The notes below the pieces were generated by a model. The model was not told the DNA's origin, ran no database searches, and saw only the letters and a program-made list of their open reading frames with translations. From Alphaproteobacteria bacterium (GTDB lineage: Bacteria; Pseudomonadota; Alphaproteobacteria; JAIXQD01), in NCBI GenBank assembly GCA_965246895.1, contig OZ251993.1, positions 640,490-704,489 of the forward strand: a DNA stretch of 64,000 nt. The letters run 5' to 3'. A program made the position numbers and the translations under genes. Shown here piece after piece: positions 60,154-64,000 of the stretch. How positions within the stretch are numbered: position 1 is the first letter of the stretch; the number at the start of each line of letters is the position of its first letter.

Positions 60154-61264
60154 TTGCGCGCAGAAATTGCCCAACTAGCCGACGAGATCAACAGCAGCCT
60201 GAAGCTGCTGGGGAGGCATCTTTGACCTTGAGGCTGCCACCCGCCGGCTAGAGGAACTGAACAGTCTGGCTGAGGATCCGACCCTGTGGGATAACGCAGG
60301 CAAAGCACAGAAATTGATGCGCGAGAAAAGCCAGCTTGAAACCAGCATAGGTGCTTACCGCACGATCGAAAACGGGCTCGCGGATGGTTTAGCGCTGGTT
60401 GAGCTGGGCGAGGAAGCTGATGATGCGGATACAATCCGCGAGGGCGAGCAGCAGCTACAGCAATTGAAAGCGACTGCACGGCAGAAGGAGCTGGAGAGCT
60501 TGCTATCCGGCGAGGCTGACCATAACGACTGCTATCTGGAAGTGAACGCGGGCGCGGGCGGTACCGAGGCGCAGGACTGGGCCGAGATATTGCTGCGCAT
60601 GTATTCGCGTTGGGCCACGCAGCACAATTACAAGGTTGAGCTGCTGGAAGACACAGCGGGCGATAGTGCAGGGTTAAAGTCTGCGACGATTCAAATTTCC
60701 GGGCCGAACGCCTATGGCTGGTTGAAGACGGAGGCGGGCGTGCATCGGTTAGTGCGTATATCGCCGTTCGATAGTAATGCGCGGCGACATACGAGCTTCA
60801 CCAGCGTCGCCGTCAGCCCGATCATCGACGACACGATCGAAATCGAGATTCTCGATAAAGACTTGCGGGTGGATACCTATCGCGCGTCAGGCTCTGGCGG
60901 GCAGCACGTCAATAAAACCGATAGCGCGGTGCGGATCACGCATATTCCCACGGGGATCGCCGCTGCTTGCCAGATGGGCCGCAGCCAGCACCAGAACCGT
61001 GCCGAAGCGATGAATATGCTGCGCGGAAAATTATACGAGCTGGAACTGAAAAAGCGCGAAGCGGCGACAGACGCGCTCAATGCGCAGAAAACCGATATCG
61101 CATGGGGGCACCAAATCCGCAGCTATGTGTTGCAGCCATACCAAATGGTGAAGGATCTGCGGACAGGTGCGGAAACGAGCCAATCCGCCGCTGTGCTGGA
61201 CGGGGATATTGACCTGTTTCTGGAAGCCGCCCTTGCCGCCCGCATGCAAGGCCTGCACGACTAA
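60154..61264 (+). CDS. prfB: Peptide chain release factor 2 with programmed +1 frameshift (TTG start; shift site CTT TGA C at 60220-60226)
   Basis: Frame-0 [23 protein letters not shown] preceded by SD-like GGGAGG 3 nt upstream of CUU UGA C; +1 frame continues [13 protein letters not shown]...; SPF and GGQ motifs. Confidence 0.9.
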
Positions 61265-61597
61265 CTCGAGCTTTCCAAATCAATCACTTACTATGGGGTG
61301 GGGGTGGGTTCACGTTTTCGCCCAATGGAAACAACCGCTTAGGTCTTTTCAAGGGGTCCGCAGATACAGTTTTAGGGGTAGGTTGCCCCTTTTTATTGCT
61401 CGCTTGCACTCACGAAGGTAACTGCTATGCCAGTAGCCGGTTCTGGTCTCTCGCACTTACCTAGCGATCCGGGGTGACGCAAGGGAAATGCCCGGCGACC
61501 ACTAATTCAGTAGATAAATATCATTATAAGAAATTAATGTCAAGAGAATTTAAGGATCATATAGAAAGCCTTAACGCCTCGATCATTATTTGCGCTT

Positions 61598-62857
61598 ATG
61601 CTTTTGCCAAGCTTTGGGGATCATAGCATGGAACGCGTCACCACAACCTTGCCCGGCAATCTCGTGCTTGAGCAGGATTTTATTCTGCAAGTGCGGCGGC
61701 TGCAAAAGCAGGCCGAGCGCGCGCTGGTGCTAAATGTGCAATTTGCGCAAATGCCTAATATTTCAGGCAAGCGAGAATTGCTAGATGCCGCACAGGATAA
61801 TCTGCATGATCTCGCACGCCAGCAAGGCGGCGAACTCTATTTGATGACCAATGGCGACGGCTTCCTGGTGCTGCCGCCGCAACCAGAAGGGCGAGAGCTT
61901 ATCTTCGGCGCGGAGCTTGTGGCGGCGGCTCTGCCCGTAGGGATTGACCCCGGGCGCACGCCCGTCAGTTGGTTGCAAGCCTTCCCGATGCCGGAGAGTT
62001 ACATTCCGCTGCGCGAACGCACAAATTATTACGTTGAATTGGCCAAAGAATTAGATGCAATCACAGCAGAGACGCCAGAGGCGCTTTTGCAAGCCAGCGA
62101 TGTACGCGGGCCGTTGACAGCTTATTCGCTAAGCCAAATCGAACGGCTACTCGATAATTTAGACATTCAAAAATATTTGCGCACGCAAACTGTTTGGCAT
62201 CGCCGCACAGATCGCGACTGGCTGCCTGTTTATGAAGAAAATTACGTTAGCACCAGCGAGCTGCAACAAGATAATTTCCCAATTCTTGAGCTGCGCGCTT
62301 CAGGGCGGTTGTTCTCGGAATTGGCTTCGATGCTTGACCGGCGCACGCTTTCGGCCATGCTGCGCGGCACCGATCGCTGGAAGGGACGGCCGATTGGCCT
62401 AAACCTTTCTGCGGGAACGGTGCTATCGTCCACCTTTGCGCAATTCTGCCATGTCGTGAATGGCGAGATGCGCGGGCAAGTCGTTTTCGAACTCCATATC
62501 AGCGAGTTGCTGCATGATTATGATGCCTTCATGAGCGCGCTAGAGCTTCTGACGCGTGAAGGCTTTAAGGTTGGTATCGATGGTATTCATCTGCGCTTCC
62601 TTGACTATTTAAAACTAAGCGCATTGCCAGTAAGTCATCTTAAAATCAGTGTTGGGCGCGATAACGTAAAACTCTTGCAGGATAAAAAGGTGCAAGAGCA
62701 ATTGCGGGCGCTCGACGCCGATAAACTGATTTTCATGCATGTGGATAGCGCCGCGGGGCTGGATGCAGGAAAGACCTTGGGCGTCAGCAATTACCAGGGA
62801 TTCTTTATCGACGAGCAGATGCAAATTTTACAAAGCCAACCAAATCAACAGAATTAA
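61598..62857 (+). CDS. Hypothetical protein with degenerate EAL-like C-terminal domain (paralog of 22564..23873)
   Basis: KVGIDGIHLRFLDYLKLSALPVSHLKIS aligns with the corresponding segment of the other paralog and the EAL core. Confidence 0.45.
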   Translation: MLLPSFGDHSMERVTTTLPGNLVLEQDFILQVRRLQKQAERALVLNVQFAQMPNISGKRELLDAAQDNLHDLARQQGGELYLMTNGDGFLVLPPQPEGRELIFGAELVAAALPVGIDPGRTPVSWLQAFPMPESYIPLRERTNYYVELAKELDAITAETPEALLQASDVRGPLTAYSLSQIERLLDNLDIQKYLRTQTVWHRRTDRDWLPVYEENYVSTSELQQDNFPILELRASGRLFSELASMLDRRTLSAMLRGTDRWKGRPIGLNLSAGTVLSSTFAQFCHVVNGEMRGQVVFELHISELLHDYDAFMSALELLTREGFKVGIDGIHLRFLDYLKLSALPVSHLKISVGRDNVKLLQDKKVQEQLRALDADKLIFMHVDSAAGLDAGKTLGVSNYQGFFIDEQMQILQSQPNQQN

Positions 62858-62923
62858 GAGATATTTCTAATTTCGATTTAGTTTTTTAATACTTTATCCA
62901 TTTTATAAGCGCAGCATAAATCT

Positions 62924-63784
62924 ATGAGTTTACCTGTTGCCCTAACGTCTTCGCCGGAAATGCTGGTTTTCACAGCGGCGTTGGTGGCAACCGGTTTTTC
63001 GACAAGCTTTTTGGCAGGGGTATTAGGTAGCGGCGGCGGGCTGATCCTCATTCCCATCCTGCAAATTTTGTTCACGACATTAGGCTTAAGCAATGCGGCG
63101 GCGATGGAGCTGACGGTCGGCTCGACCGCTGGCTCCATGATCCTCAGCTCCGCGTTATCGACCTGGCGCGAATGCCGCCCGACCGAGCGTAATCGTATTC
63201 GCCATGAAGCAACCGGCATGGAATGGGCGCCGATCATGCAGTGGGCACTGCCAATTATGGCTGCGGTTATCGGCATGCATTGGCTTGGCTTCAGCCAAAA
63301 TGGCCATGTGATGCAAGGCGTATTCGCCTGCGTCGTGCTGGCGCTTGGTGCCTATATGCTGTGGGGCCGGGAAGAGTGGCGCTTGTTCGAGCGCGTGCCA
63401 TTGGGGCCAAAGTGGTGGGCAATGGGTTTTGCGTTTGGGTGCATCTGTTCGCTGACGGGGATCGGTGGCGGGATCATCGCCATTCCTCTGTTTGTGGCCT
63501 GCGGCATGTCGATCCATAACGCGATCAACAGCATCGTTGTGCTGGGGATCATGGTTGGCATTCCCTCGACCTGGTATTATCTGCAAGCGCCGACGATCGA
63601 TATGCCCGGCACGATTGGTTACGTGAACTTGCTGGTCGTCGCAATTTTGACCGTCAGCAGCTATTATGGCCGTCCGCTGGGGATTATGCTGCAACGTCGT
63701 CTCTCGCCAGAAATCCTGCGCCGCGGCTTTGCAGCAGTTTTGTTTATAACGGGCACGCGGTTGTTCCTGCAGCTCGCCGCTTAA
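62924..63784 (+). CDS. TSUP (TauE/SafE) family membrane transporter
   Basis: Duplicated GGG(L/I)I..P motifs; 8 TMs. Confidence 0.8.
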   Translation: MSLPVALTSSPEMLVFTAALVATGFSTSFLAGVLGSGGGLILIPILQILFTTLGLSNAAAMELTVGSTAGSMILSSALSTWRECRPTERNRIRHEATGMEWAPIMQWALPIMAAVIGMHWLGFSQNGHVMQGVFACVVLALGAYMLWGREEWRLFERVPLGPKWWAMGFAFGCICSLTGIGGGIIAIPLFVACGMSIHNAINSIVVLGIMVGIPSTWYYLQAPTIDMPGTIGYVNLLVVAILTVSSYYGRPLGIMLQRRLSPEILRRGFAAVLFITGTRLFLQLAA

Positions 63785-63831
63785 TCTCTAAATCCTTTAC
63801 AATTCTTAACCATTCTGCGCCATACTAAGCT

Positions 63832-64000
63832 ATGGCCAGTATTGTCCCTACCGTTTACACGCAGGTCTTAAAAGACATTGCCAACGAGAAGCTCACGGAT
63901 GCGCGCAATGCGGGCATCCTCGATCCGGGCCGGACAACGCTAAACGTGCAAACAGCTTTTACGGCGAAATACGATAAGGAAGATACCTATCGCTTTCGGC
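63832..64000 (+). CDS. Hypothetical protein, N-terminal fragment (3' end outside window)
   Basis: ATG at 63832, open to window end. Confidence 0.35.
   Translation, partial: MASIVPTVYTQVLKDIANEKLTDARNAGILDPGRTTLNVQTAFTAKYDKEDTYRFR

Noticed and set aside
1-64000. CRISPR arrays, rRNA, IS elements with terminal inverted repeats
   Set aside because: No regularly spaced direct repeats with unique spacers, no rRNA-like sequence, and no transposase-like ORF were seen. The only perfect tandem repeat is the 9-mer inside the kinase gene.

Overview
This 64-kb window is a chromosomal segment of a GC-rich (~60% by eye) alphaproteobacterium. Housekeeping content includes acnA, a complete ccmABCDEFGHI cytochrome c maturation operon, divK-pleD, a gcrA-like gene, mrcA (PBP1A), prfB with its programmed +1 frameshift, hslO, scoAB and a partial SOD gene. 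Three things stand out.

(1) A ~10.5-kb genomic island (~3221..13717) is inserted at the 3' end of tRNA-Ser(CGA). It is bounded by a 15-bp direct repeat and carries two tyrosine integrases, an AlpA-like regulator, and a low-GC (~45% by eye) cargo that is entirely two-component / c-di-GMP signalling genes. One of these, a CHASE-PAS histidine kinase, contains a perfect 9-bp x5 in-frame tandem repeat.

(2) Eight co-directional genes (23877..32265, minus strand) have the order and domain architecture of the Dot/Icm (type IVB) core block icmL-icmL'-icmK-icmE-icmG-icmC-icmD-icmJ. The first is translationally coupled to the stop codon of dcp (M3 peptidase), directly downstream of the gcrA-like gene. 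No T4SS ATPase is present in the window.

(3) A translationally coupled operon encodes a stand-alone ClpA/B D1-like AAA+ ATPase, a NUDIX hydrolase and a glycerophosphodiester phosphodiesterase.

The window is also dense in c-di-GMP genes: REC-GGDEF, HD-GYP, GGDEF, PleD and two paralogous degenerate EAL-like proteins. A promoter-plus-terminator sRNA candidate and several regulatory repeats are noted. Many long antisense ORFs in the track are GC-skew artefacts and were rejected. Hand-counted coordinates may be off by 1-2 nt.
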